A DNA stretch of 64,000 nucleotides. Origin: Mobula hypostoma. Its lineage: Eukaryota. Made by a program: the position numbers and the translations under genes. The DNA lies in NCBI RefSeq assembly GCF_963921235.1, contig NC_086108.1, positions 115,942,001 through 116,006,000 of the forward strand, written 5' to 3'. A model generated the notes under the pieces. The model ran no database searches. It was not told where the DNA came from and saw nothing but the letters and a program-made list of their open reading frames with translations. Shown in pieces: positions 53,401 through 64,000 of the stretch. Position 1 is the first letter of the stretch, and each line of letters starts with the position of its first letter.

Positions 53401-54585
53401 ACTGAAGATAGATATGCAGTGATACAGAGCAGCTCCAACCTGGAATACTGCGGAGAGATATGTGGGGACACTGAGGACAGATATGTTGGTACGCTGTGTA
53501 CAGATATGAAGGGACACTGAGCAAAAAATATATAGGGAAACATAGCATAGATATCCAGGGACACTGAATGCAGACATCCAGGGACATTAAGAACACATAT
53601 ACAAGAAAGACTGAGGACATATATACGGGGAGAATGAGAACAGATATGTGGGGACACTGAGGACAGATATGTTGGTATGCTGTGTACAGATATGAAGGGA
53701 CACTGAGCACAAATATACAGGAACACAGCATAGATATTCAGGGACACTGAGAAACGATGTACAGGGACACTGAGGACAGATATGCCGGGACACTCCGAAC
53801 AGATATGTGGGTACGTTAAGGAGAGCTATGCCGGAACATTGGGGGCAGATGTGCAGGGAAACTGAGGACAGCTACGTAGAGACACCAAGGACAGAAATAC
53901 ATGGACAGTGAGGACAGATGTACAGGAAGCTGAGGACAGATATGCATGGACACCGAGGACATATATGCAGGGACACTGAGCATAGACATGCAGGGACACT
54001 GTGTCGAGATTCACAACGACGCTCAGAACAGATGTACAGGGACACTGAAGACAGATATGTTGGAACACTGAGGACAGCTCTACAGGGACACTAAGAACAG
54101 ATATGCAGTGACACCGAGGACAGCTATGCAGGGACACAAGGGACAGGAATGCAGGGATACCTAGGACAGATATACTGGGACACAGAGGACAGATATACTG
54201 GAACAATGAGGACAAATATGCAGGGTTACTGATGATAGATATGCCGGGACACGGAGGGCAGATATGTGGGCGCGCTGAGGACAGATATGCAGGGAAACTG
54301 AGGACAGGTATGCATAGACACCGAGGATGTATATGTAGCAATACTGACAAAGATACACGGGGAAACTGAGGACAGATATACATGGACACCAAGGACATAT
54401 ATGCAGGGACACTGAGCACAGTTATGCAGGGATACTGAGGACAGAAATGTTAGAACACTGATGACAGCTCTACAGAGACACTAAGGACAGATATACAGTG
54501 ACACCGAGTACAGCTATGCAGGGACACAAGGGACAGGTACGCAGGAATACCTAGGACAGATGTACAAGGACCCTGAGGACAGATA
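44441..54585 (+). repeat. Uninterrupted 10-kb diverged satellite block
   Basis: Monomer variants throughout, with five landmark cores plus one partial cassette. Confidence 0.96.
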
Positions 54586-55234
54586 CAGTGGCATGCAAAC
54601 GTCTGGGCACTGCTGTTCAAAATTTCTCTTACTGTGAATAGTTAAGTGAGTAGAAAATGAACTGATCTCCAAAAGTCATAAAGTTAAAGATGAAACATTC
54701 TTTTCATCATTTTAAGCAAGATTAGTGTATTATTTTTCTTTTGTACAATTTTAATTTTAAAAAAAGGAAAGGAGAACCATGCAAAAGTTTGGGCACCCCA
54801 AGAGATTTGAGCTCTCAGATAAATTTTACCAAGGTCTCAGACCTTAATTAGCTTGTTAGGGCTATGGCTTGATCACAGCCATCGTTAGGAAAGGCCAGGT
54901 GATGCAAATTTCAAGGCTTTATAAATACCCTGACTCCTCAAACCTTGTCCCAACAATCAGCAGCCATGGGCTCCTCTAGGCAGCTGCCTAGGCACTCTGA
55001 ACATTAAAATAAATGATGCTCACAAAGCAGGAGAAAGCTACAAAAAGACAGCAAAGCGATTTCAGGTAGCCGTTTCCTCAGTTCATAATATAATTAAGAA
55101 ATTGCAGCTAACAGGAACGGTTAAGGTCAAGTTGAGGTCTGGAGCACCAAGAATACTTTCTGAGAGAGCTACACATAGGATTGCTAGAAAGGCTAATCAA
55201 AACCCCTGTTTGACTGCAGAAGACCTTCAGGAAG

Positions 55235-58200
55235 GAGGTGCAGGACACACACAGTAAATGGTAGGGCACTGAGGACTGCGGAGGAACAAAGAGATCTGGG
55301 AGTTCAGATATATAATTACCTGAAAGTGGCGTCACAGGTAGACAGGGTTGTAAAGAAGGCTTTTGGCATCCTGGCATTCATAAATCAAAGCACTCTGTAC
55401 GGAAGTTGGGATGTTATGGGGAGGTTGTATAAGACATTTGTGAGGCCAAATTTGGGGTATTGTGTACAGTTCTGGTCATCTAAGTACAGGAAGGATATCA
55501 GTAACATAGCCCATAGAACATAGAACAGTACAGTACAGTACAGGCCCTTCGGCCCACAACGTTGTGCCGACCCTCAAACCCTGCCTCCCATATAACCCCT
55601 CACCTTAACTTCCTCCATATGCCTGTATCTTAAATTTCACTAGTGTATCTGCCTCCACCACTGACTCAGGCAGTGCATTCCACGAACCAACCACTCTCTG
55701 AGTAAAAAAAAACTTCCTCTAATATCCCCCTTGAACTTCCCACCCTTTATCTTAAAGCCATGACCTCTTGTATTGAGCAGTGGTGCCCTGGGGAAGAGGA
55801 GCTGGCTATCCACTCTATCTATTCCTCTTAATATCTTGTACACCTCTATCATGTCTCCTCTCATCCTCCTTCTCTCCAAAGAGTAAAGCCCTAGCTCCCT
55901 TAATCTCTGATCATAATCCATACCCTCTAAACCAGGCAGCATCCTGGTAAACCTCCTCTGTACCCCGTCCAATGCTTCCACATCCTTCCTTTAGTGAGGC
56001 GACCAGAAATGGACATAGTATTCCAAGTGTGGCCTAACCAGAGTTTTATAGAGCTGTATCATTACCCCGCGACTCTTAAAATCTATCCCTCGACTTATGA
56101 AAGCGAACACTCCATAAGCTTTCTTAACTGCCTTATCTAAATGTGAGGCAACTTTCAGGGATCTGTGGACATGTACCCCAGATCCCTCTGCTCCTCCACA
56201 CTACCAAGTATCCTGCCATTTACTTTGTACTCTGCCTTGGAGTTTGTCCTTCCAAAGTGTACCACCTCATACTTCTCCAGGTTGAACTCCATCTGCACTT
56301 CTCAGCCCACTTCTGCAATCTATCAATGTCTCTCTGCAATCTTCAACAATGCTCAACACTATCCACAGCACCATCAACATTTGTGTCGTCTGCAAACTTG
56401 CCAACCCACCGTCTACCCCCATGTCCAGGTCGTTAATAAAAATCACGAAAAGTAGAGGTCCCAGAACAGATCCTTGTTGGACACCACTAGTCATAACCCT
56501 CCAATCTGAATGTACTCCATCCACCACGACCCTCTGCTTTCTGCAGGCAAGCCAATTCTGAATCCACCTGGCCAAACTTCCCTGGATCCCATGCCTTCTG
56601 ACTTTCTGAATAAGCCTACCATGTGGAACCTTGTCAAATGCCTCACTGAAATCCATGTAAATCACATCCACTGCACTACCCTCATCTATATGCCTGGTCA
56701 CCTCCTCAAAGAGTTCTATCAGGCTTATTAGACAAGATCTGCCCTTCACAAAACCATGCTGACTGTCCCTGATCAGACCATGATTCTCTAAATGTCCATA
56801 GATCCTATCTCTAAGAATCTTTTCCAACAGCTTTTCCACCACAGATGCAAGGCTCACTGGTCTATAATTACCCAGACTATTCCTACTACCTTTTTTGAAC
56901 AAGGGGACAACATTCGCCTCCCTCCAATCCACCAATACCATTCCCGTGGATAACGAGGACATAAAGATCCTAGCCAGAGGCTCAGCAATCTCTTCCCTCG
57001 CTTGTGGAGCAGCCTGAGGAATATTCCGTCAGGCTGTGGGGACTTATCTGTCCTAATGTATTTTAACAACTCCTCCTCTGCCTTAATATCAACATGCTCC
57101 AAAACATCAACCTCACTCATATTGTCCTCACCATCATCAAGTTCCCTCTCATTGGTGAATACAGAAGAAAAGTATTCATTGAGGACCTCGCTCACTTCCA
57201 TAGCCTCCAGGCACATCTTCCCACCTTTATCTCTAATTGGTCCTACCTTCACTCCTGTCATCCTTTTGTTCTTCACATAATTGAAGAATGCCTTGGGGTT
57301 TTATCCTACTTGCCAAGGCATTCTCAGGCCCCCTTATTGCTCTCCTCAGCCCCTTCTTAAGCTCCTTTCTTGCTACCTTGTATTCCTCAATAGACCCATC
57401 TGATCCTTGCGTCCTAAACCGCATATGTGCTGCCTCCTTCCACCTAACTAGATTCTCCACCTCACTTGCACCCATGGTTCCTTCACCCTACCATTCTTTA
57501 TCTTCTTCACTGGGACAAATTTATCCCTAACATCTCGCAAGAGATCTCTAAACATCGACCACACGTCCATAGTACATTTCCCTGCAAAAACATCATCCCA
57601 ATTCACACCCTCAAGTTCTAGCCTTATAGCCTCATAATTTGCCCTTCCCCAATTAAAAATTTTCCTGTCCTCTCTGATTCTATCCTTTTCCATGATAATG
57701 CTAAAGGCCAGGGAGCGGTGGTCACTGTCCCCCAGATGCTCACCCATTAAGAGATCCGTGACCTGACCCAGTTCATTACCTAGTACTAGATCTAGTATGG
57801 CATTCCCCCTAGTCGGCCTGTCAACATACTGTGACAGGAATCCATCCTGGACACACTTAACAAACTCTGCCCCGTCTAAACTATTGAAACTAATCAGGTG
57901 CCAATCAATATTAGGGTAGTTAAAGTCAACCCTGTTATTTTTGCACCTTTCCAGAATCTGCCTCCCAATCTGCTCCTCGGTATCTCTGCTGCTACCAGGG
58001 GGCCTATAGAATACCCCCAATAGAGTAACCGCTCCCTTCCTGTTCCTGACTTCTACCCATACTGACTCAAAAGAGGATCCCCATTACCCACCGTTTCTGT
58101 AGCTCTAATAGTATACCTGACCAGTAATGCCACCCCTCCTCTCCTCCCCTCCCCCCATCCCTTTTGAAGCACTGAAATCCAGGAATATTGAGAATCCATT

Positions 58201-58952
58201 CCTGCCCTGGTGCCAGCCAAGTCTCTGTAATGGCCACTACATCATAATTCCATGCATGTATCCAAGCTCTCAGTTCATCACCTTTGTTCCTGATGCTTCT
58301 TGCATTAAAGTACACGCACTTTAGCCATTCTACCTTACTACTTTTACACCCTTTATTGTGTTTCTCTTTCCTCAAAGCCTCTTTATATGTTAAATCTGGC
58401 TTTACTCCATGCACTACACTTGCATTTCTCGCATGACCTTTTTCTTGAGTAAAATTGAGAAGATTAAAAGAGTGCAGGGAAGATGCACTAGGATGTTGCC
58501 AGGTCTTCAGGAGTTGAATTACAGGGAAAGATTAAACAGGTTGGGACTTTATTCCTTGGAGCGTAGAAGAATGAGGGGAGATTTGACAGAGGTTTACAAA
58601 ATTATGAGGGGTATAGACAGAGTAAATGTGAATAGGCTCTTTCCACTCAGATTAGGAGAGATAAATATGAGAGGACATGGCTTTAGGGTGAAAGGGGAAA
58701 GGTTTGGGGGAACATTAGGGTGAACTTCTTCACTCAGAGTGGTGGGAGTGTGGAACGAGCTGCCACCTGATGTGGTAAATGCGGGCTCACTCTTAAGTTT
58801 TAAGAATAAATTGCATAGGTACATGGATGGGAGAGGTCTGGAGGGTTATGGACTGGATGCAGGTCAATGGGACTAGCTGAATAATGTTTTGGCACAGACT
58901 AGAAGGGCCAAATGGCCTGTTTTCTGTGCTGTTCCATGGTTCTATGGTTCTA
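55235..58952 (+). mobile_element. CR1 3' fragment (55235-55504 and 58448-58952) inserted in Tc1
   Basis: QVDRVVKKAFGILAFI..YCVQFWS..RKDIS joins KIKRVQGRCTRMLPGL. TTCTATGG-type tail. Confidence 0.88.
55505..58447 (-). mobile_element. CR1 LINE with a whole but frameshifted ORF2, nested in the previous CR1; TSD AGTAA
   Basis: LKCVYFNARSIRNK, VFYRPP, DSDH and [20 protein letters not shown] tail. AGTAA at 55500-55504 and 58448-58452. Confidence 0.93.
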
Positions 58953-59089
58953 CTATTCAGCAGACTCTGGAGTGGTGGTGCTCTCTTCTACTGTGCCGTG
59001 ACACCTGCACAAATATGACCTTCATGGAAGAGTCATCAGAAGAAAACCTTTCCTGCATCCTCGCTATGCGGGGAGACTGAGAAAGACAC

Positions 59090-60173
59090 TGTCATAATGG
59101 GGGCGTGCTGACAGTGGACCCAAATGCAAGACACAGACACTGAACTACTAGGAACAGGACTAGGAATTATCAAGATAGCAAGGTGTGACCGGAAGAAATG
59201 ATTCTGGACGTGACACAGGCCCTGGATGAGACAAGGATACAGGGCCTGGGCAAGGACTTGACGAGGATAGTGGAACTAGGACATGGAACTTGGAACTAGG
59301 AGCCTGGGCTTGGACTCCGAGCCAGAGACTGGACAAGGACCTGAAACCTGGGCCTTGACTCAGTCTCAGACCCCGGATCTAGGTGAGGACATGACATGGT
59401 CTTGGGAGAGCAGGAACATGGAACACAGAGTCTCGGTCTTGGGAGAGCAGGAACATGGAACACGGAACACAGAGCCTTGGTATTGGGCACGGGAACATGG
59501 AGCCATGGACTTGAGAGACAGGAACACGAAATACCAAGCCGGGACCCCTCCTTGGGAACAGGACGTAGAGCCGGGACCCATACACAGAACATAGAGCCGG
59601 GACCCCTCCTTGGGTACAGGACGTAGGGCTGGGACTCATTACACAGAACGCAGAATATGACGAGACGGCTCCCAACACAAGGTAGCGGCAGACGGCCTGA
59701 CCTACCTAGCGAAGGCGTGGACAGAGACGGTTCCCAACACTAGATAGCGGCAAGTGGCCGGACCTACCCAGTGAAGGCGTGGATACAAAGACAGATCCCA
59801 AACACTAGGTAGCGGCAAACGGCCAGACCTACCTAGAGCAGGCGTGGACACAGAGACAGTTCAAAACAACGATAGACAGTTCCTTATCTTGCTCCGGCGA
59901 TTGAACTTGACAGTGGTGCAGGCGAGGGTTACAGGCGAGGCCAGGCTTCAGGTGTGGAAACAGAAGGCAGGGGAAGGGAAGGGAAGCGATACAGACAGAG
60001 AGTATGGACAGGAACAATCCCACCACTGAAGCTGAACCAAGGAGTATTTATGTAGCCAGCCCAAATGAGAATCAGCTGCCTCAACAGAAACTGGGAAAAC
60101 CAGAAAACCTGGAATAAGGAATATAGACCAGAGTGTGAACTGGAATGCCGATTTCATGGACTGGACCATGACA
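59090..60173 (-). mobile_element. Solo LTR (1084 bp) with internal tandem repeats; TSD GACAC/GATAC
   Basis: TGTCAT...ATGACA inverted termini and a 5-bp TSD with one mismatch. The minus strand begins TGTCATGGTCCAGTCC, like the chromovirus LTRs. Confidence 0.85.
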
Positions 60174-63100
60174 GATACATGGGGTTGCTGAGGACAGATA
60201 TTCAGGGACACTGAGGACAGGTGAACAGGGACACTGGGTGTGGATATGCAGTGATACTGAAGTCAGACGTACAAGCACGCTGACATGCAGGGTCATTGAG
60301 GACAGGTATGATGGTACAGTGATGTCAGATATGAGGCATACAGAGAGAAGATATGCAGCACAATGAGGACAAATATGTAGGGACGCTGAGCACAGATATG
60401 CAGGTACACTGAAGTCAGCAGTACAGGGACACAGAGGACAGATATGCAGGGTCACTAAGGACAAATGTACAGACACACTGTGGACAGATGTTCAGGGACA
60501 TTCAGAACAGCTATGTGTGGAGATTGAGAAAGATACGCGGGGATACTGAGGACAGATATTCAGGGACTCTGACGACAGGTGAACAGGAACACTGAGTGTG
60601 GATATGCAATGACACTGAGGAAAAATATCGGCCACTGAGGATAAATATCCCGGAACGAGGAGGGCAGATATGTGGGGCTCTGAGGACTGGTATGCAGTGA
60701 CAGTGAGGACAGCTATGCAGGGTCCCGGGGGAGAGGTATGCAGGCATACTGAGGACAGATGTAGAGCGACAGTGTGGACAGATATGCAGGGGTACTAAGG
60801 ACAGATATGCAGCTCGGCGAGGACAGATATGCAGGAGCACTGACGGCAGATATGCTGGGACAGTCAGGACAGATATACAGCACACTGAGGAGAGATATGC
60901 AGGGACACAGCACAGATATGCCGGGACACTGAGAACAGACATTCCGGGACACAGAGGACAGATATACAGGGACATGAATGAAAGATTTGTAGGGCACTGG
61001 GGACAGATATGCGGGGATGCTGGGGTCGTATATGCAGGGGAACTGAGGACAGATATGAAGGGTCACTAATGGCAGATTTGCGGGGACACTAAGGACAGAT
61101 ATGAGAGGATGCTGAGAATATGTGTACAGGGGCACTGAGGACATGTGTACAGAGATACTGAGGACATGTGTACAGGGATACTGAGGGCAGATATGCAGGG
61201 ACTCTGAGACCAGGTATACAGGTCACTGAGGAAAGATATTCAGTGAGACCAAGGAAATCTATGCAGAAACATCCAGGCTAGGTATGCAGTAACATTGAGG
61301 TCAATTATTTGGTGATACTGACAGCAAATATTCGAGGACTGTAGGTCATATAGTCAGAATGATTGGGACTGGATATGCAGGGACGCCTAAAACAGAAATG
61401 TGCCACCCTGAGATTCAATACACAGGGAAAACGGGTGGATGTATTGAACGACATCACAGACAGACATGTCGGGACACAGTGGGAAGATATGCCGGGACAT
61501 TGAGGACAGAGATCTTGGAACACTGAGGACAGCTTTGCAGCGATACTAAGGAGCAATATCCTTGAAGACTGAGGACAGATATGTTGGGACGCTGATTACA
61601 GATATGCCGGGTCACTGAGCACAGATATGCAGATAGACTGAGGTCGGATGTATAGAGACACTGAGGGCTCATATGTAGGGTCACTAAGGTCAGATATGAG
61701 GCATACTGATATGCAGGGACACCGAGGACTGTTATGCGGGGACGGTGAGGAGACACTGAGTACAGGTGTACAGGGAAACTGATTACAGGTGCACAGGGAA
61801 ACAGAGTACAGGTGTATGAGGAAACTGAGTACAGGTGTACGGGGAAACTGATTACAGGTGTACGAGGAAACGGAGTACAGGTATACGGGGAAACGGAGTA
61901 CAGGTGTCCGGGGAAACGGAGTACAGGTGTCCGGGGAAACGGAGTACAGGTGTCCGGGGAAACGTAGTACAGGTGTCCGGGGAAACTGAGGAGAGGTGTA
62001 CAGGGAAACGGAGTACAGCTGTACAGGGAAACTGAGTACAGATGTATAGGGACACTGAGGACAGATATGCAGGGACACTGAGAAAGCTATGCGGGGATGC
62101 TGAGGACAGATATGCAGCATACTGAGTATAAATAGGCAGGGACACAGAACACAGATATGCAAGGACACTGAGGTCAGATATGCAACACAGTGTACAAATA
62201 TGCAGAGGCACTGGTGCAGAGACGCAAGGATACTGAGGTCAGACATTAAAAGGCTCTGAAGAGCGATGTACAGGGACTCAAAATAGAGATATTAAGATAC
62301 ACTGAGGACAGATATGCAGGGACACTGAGGTCAGAAATGAAGAGCCACTTAGGACAGGCGTACCGATTGCCGGGGCACTAAGGGCAGGTGTACAGGGACA
62401 TTGAGGACAGATGTTCAGGGACAATGAGAACAGATATGCAGTGACACTGAAGACAGATATGCCGAGTCAGTGACGACACATATCCAGGGACAGTGAGGAC
62501 AAATATGCAGGGACACTAACACAGATACGCAGGGACACAGGGCAGATGTTCAGGGACACGTTGGACATAGATGCAGGAACATTGAGAAAGATACGCGGGA
62601 TGCTTAGGGCAACGAGGACATATATACAGGGGCACTATGGACAGGTGTGCAGGGACACTGGTGACAGATATGCAGTGACACTGAGGACAAATATCCTGCA
62701 ACAATGGAGACAGATATGTGGGGACACAGCTGACTGACATGCAGCGACACTGAACACAGTTATGCGGGTACACTGATGAGAAATATGCATGGACAATGAG
62801 GACATGTATACAGGGACAATGAGGACAGTTATGCCGGGAGACCGAGGACATGCATAAAGGGTCACTGAGGAGAGGTATGCAGGGACATTGAGGACTTATA
62901 TTCAAGGACACTGAGGACAGATATGCAGGGTCATTGAGCACAGATGGTCAGAGACACTGTGGACAAATATGCAGGGACACTGGTACAGCTATGCAGGGAC
63001 ACTGAGGTCAAATGTAAAAGGACACTGAGGAACGATGTACAGGGACACTGAGAAAAATATGCGCGACACTGAGGACAAGTATCCTGGGACACTGAGGACA

Positions 63101-64000
63101 GATATGTAGGGATAGTGAGGACAGATGTGCAGTGACTGAGGGCAGATATGCAGGGACACTGAGGAGCAATATCCTGGAAGACTGAGGACAGATATGTGGG
63201 GATGCTGAGGACAGATATGCCAGGGCACTGAGCACAGATATGCTGCGAAACATAGGTCAGATGTACCGGAACACAGAGGGCGAACATGCAGGACACTGAG
63301 GACAGATATACAGGGACACTGAGGACCAATGCATAGGGACAGTAATGACAGATTTGCAGCTGCACTGAAGATAGATACACGGGGATGCTGATGGCAGAAT
63401 TACATGGACAGTGAGGACAGGTGTGCAGGAACACTGAAAGCAGGTATGCAGGGACACTGAGGACAGATATGCAGGGACATTATTGACAGGTGTACTGGGA
63501 AACTGAAGACAGATATGCAGGGACACTGAGAACAGCTATGCAGGCCCTCTGACGACAAATATGCAGTGAGACCAAAGAAATCTATGCAGGAACATCGAGG
63601 CTATATATGCAGTATCACTGAGATCAACTGTTTGGGGATACCGAGGACAAATATTCGGGGACTCTAAGTTCACTTAGTCAGGATGACTAGGGACAGATAC
63701 GCAGGGATGCTGCACACAGAAATGAGCAACACTGAGGTGCAATATACAGGGAAAGCTCATGGATGTATTGAACGACAACACAGCCAGATTTGCAGAGACA
63801 TTGAGTACAGAAATCTTGCAACACTGAGGACAGGTATGGGAGGACGCTGAGGACAGATATGCATGGACATTTAGGACAAATATGCAATGAGACCAGGGAA
63901 AACTATGCAGGGAAAACGAGTGGAGGTATGCAGTGTCATCACAGAAAGGTATGCGGGGACACTGAGGTCAGATATATGGGGATGCTGAGAAAAAATAGGC
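60174..64000 (+). repeat. Satellite block running off the window end
   Basis: Monomer variants with cassettes at ~61247-61460 and ~63569-63785. Confidence 0.95.
61754..62040 (+). repeat. Locally homogenised 23-bp sub-array (~12 copies)
   Basis: Units such as GAAACGGAGTACAGGTGTCCGGG and GAAACTGAGTACAGGTGTACAGG. Confidence 0.9.

Larger units (their letters stand above)
54586..59065 (+). mobile_element. Tc1/mariner IR/DR-type transposon, left TIR and N-terminal transposase only (54586-55234 and 58954-59065), split by CR1
   Basis: TA followed by CAGTG. Direct repeats at 54592-54610 and 54778-54796 (17/19 identical). ATG at 54966. DAHKAGESYKKTAKRF..SGAPR..TAEDLQE continues as ADSGVVV..HLHKYDLHGRVIRRKPFL. 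No DDE domain or right TIR. Confidence 0.88.

Noticed and set aside
9443..63887. Dozens of Cys/Ser/Pro-rich minus-strand ORFs (CISVLSVPAYLSSVSLHICPQCP)
   Set aside because: The minus-strand monomer has no stop codon in any frame, and frequent 22/23 bp indels shift frames freely. These are satellite translations, not keratin-associated or metallothionein-like genes.

Overview
This is eukaryotic, gene-free, heterochromatin-like DNA. The CR1, Penelope and Tc1 families suggest a cartilaginous fish (shark or ray); that host call is inference only. The backbone is a diverged satellite with a 22-23 bp monomer (consensus GATATGCAGGGACACTGAGGACA), always in the same orientation. It carries a recurring ~200 bp landmark cassette and two young homogenised sub-arrays (42 x 45 bp and ~12 x 23 bp). 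About 23 decayed transposable-element insertions sit in it, many nested. They are: two Sushi-like Ty3/Gypsy chromoviruses, one Gypsy element with a PNMA-type gag, a solo LTR, about 12 CR1 LINE copies or fragments (one near full length with an esterase ORF1), two Penelope-like fragments each with a minimal hammerhead ribozyme motif, a Hero/R2-type RT fragment, an IR/DR Tc1 transposon, two copies of an unclassified (AATCT)n-tailed element and one more unclassified fragment. I find no intact host gene, tRNA, rRNA or CRISPR array, and no solid evidence of a wholly new system. The most interesting signals are the satellite's multi-level structure, the ribozymes and junction-level repair and insertion footprints.
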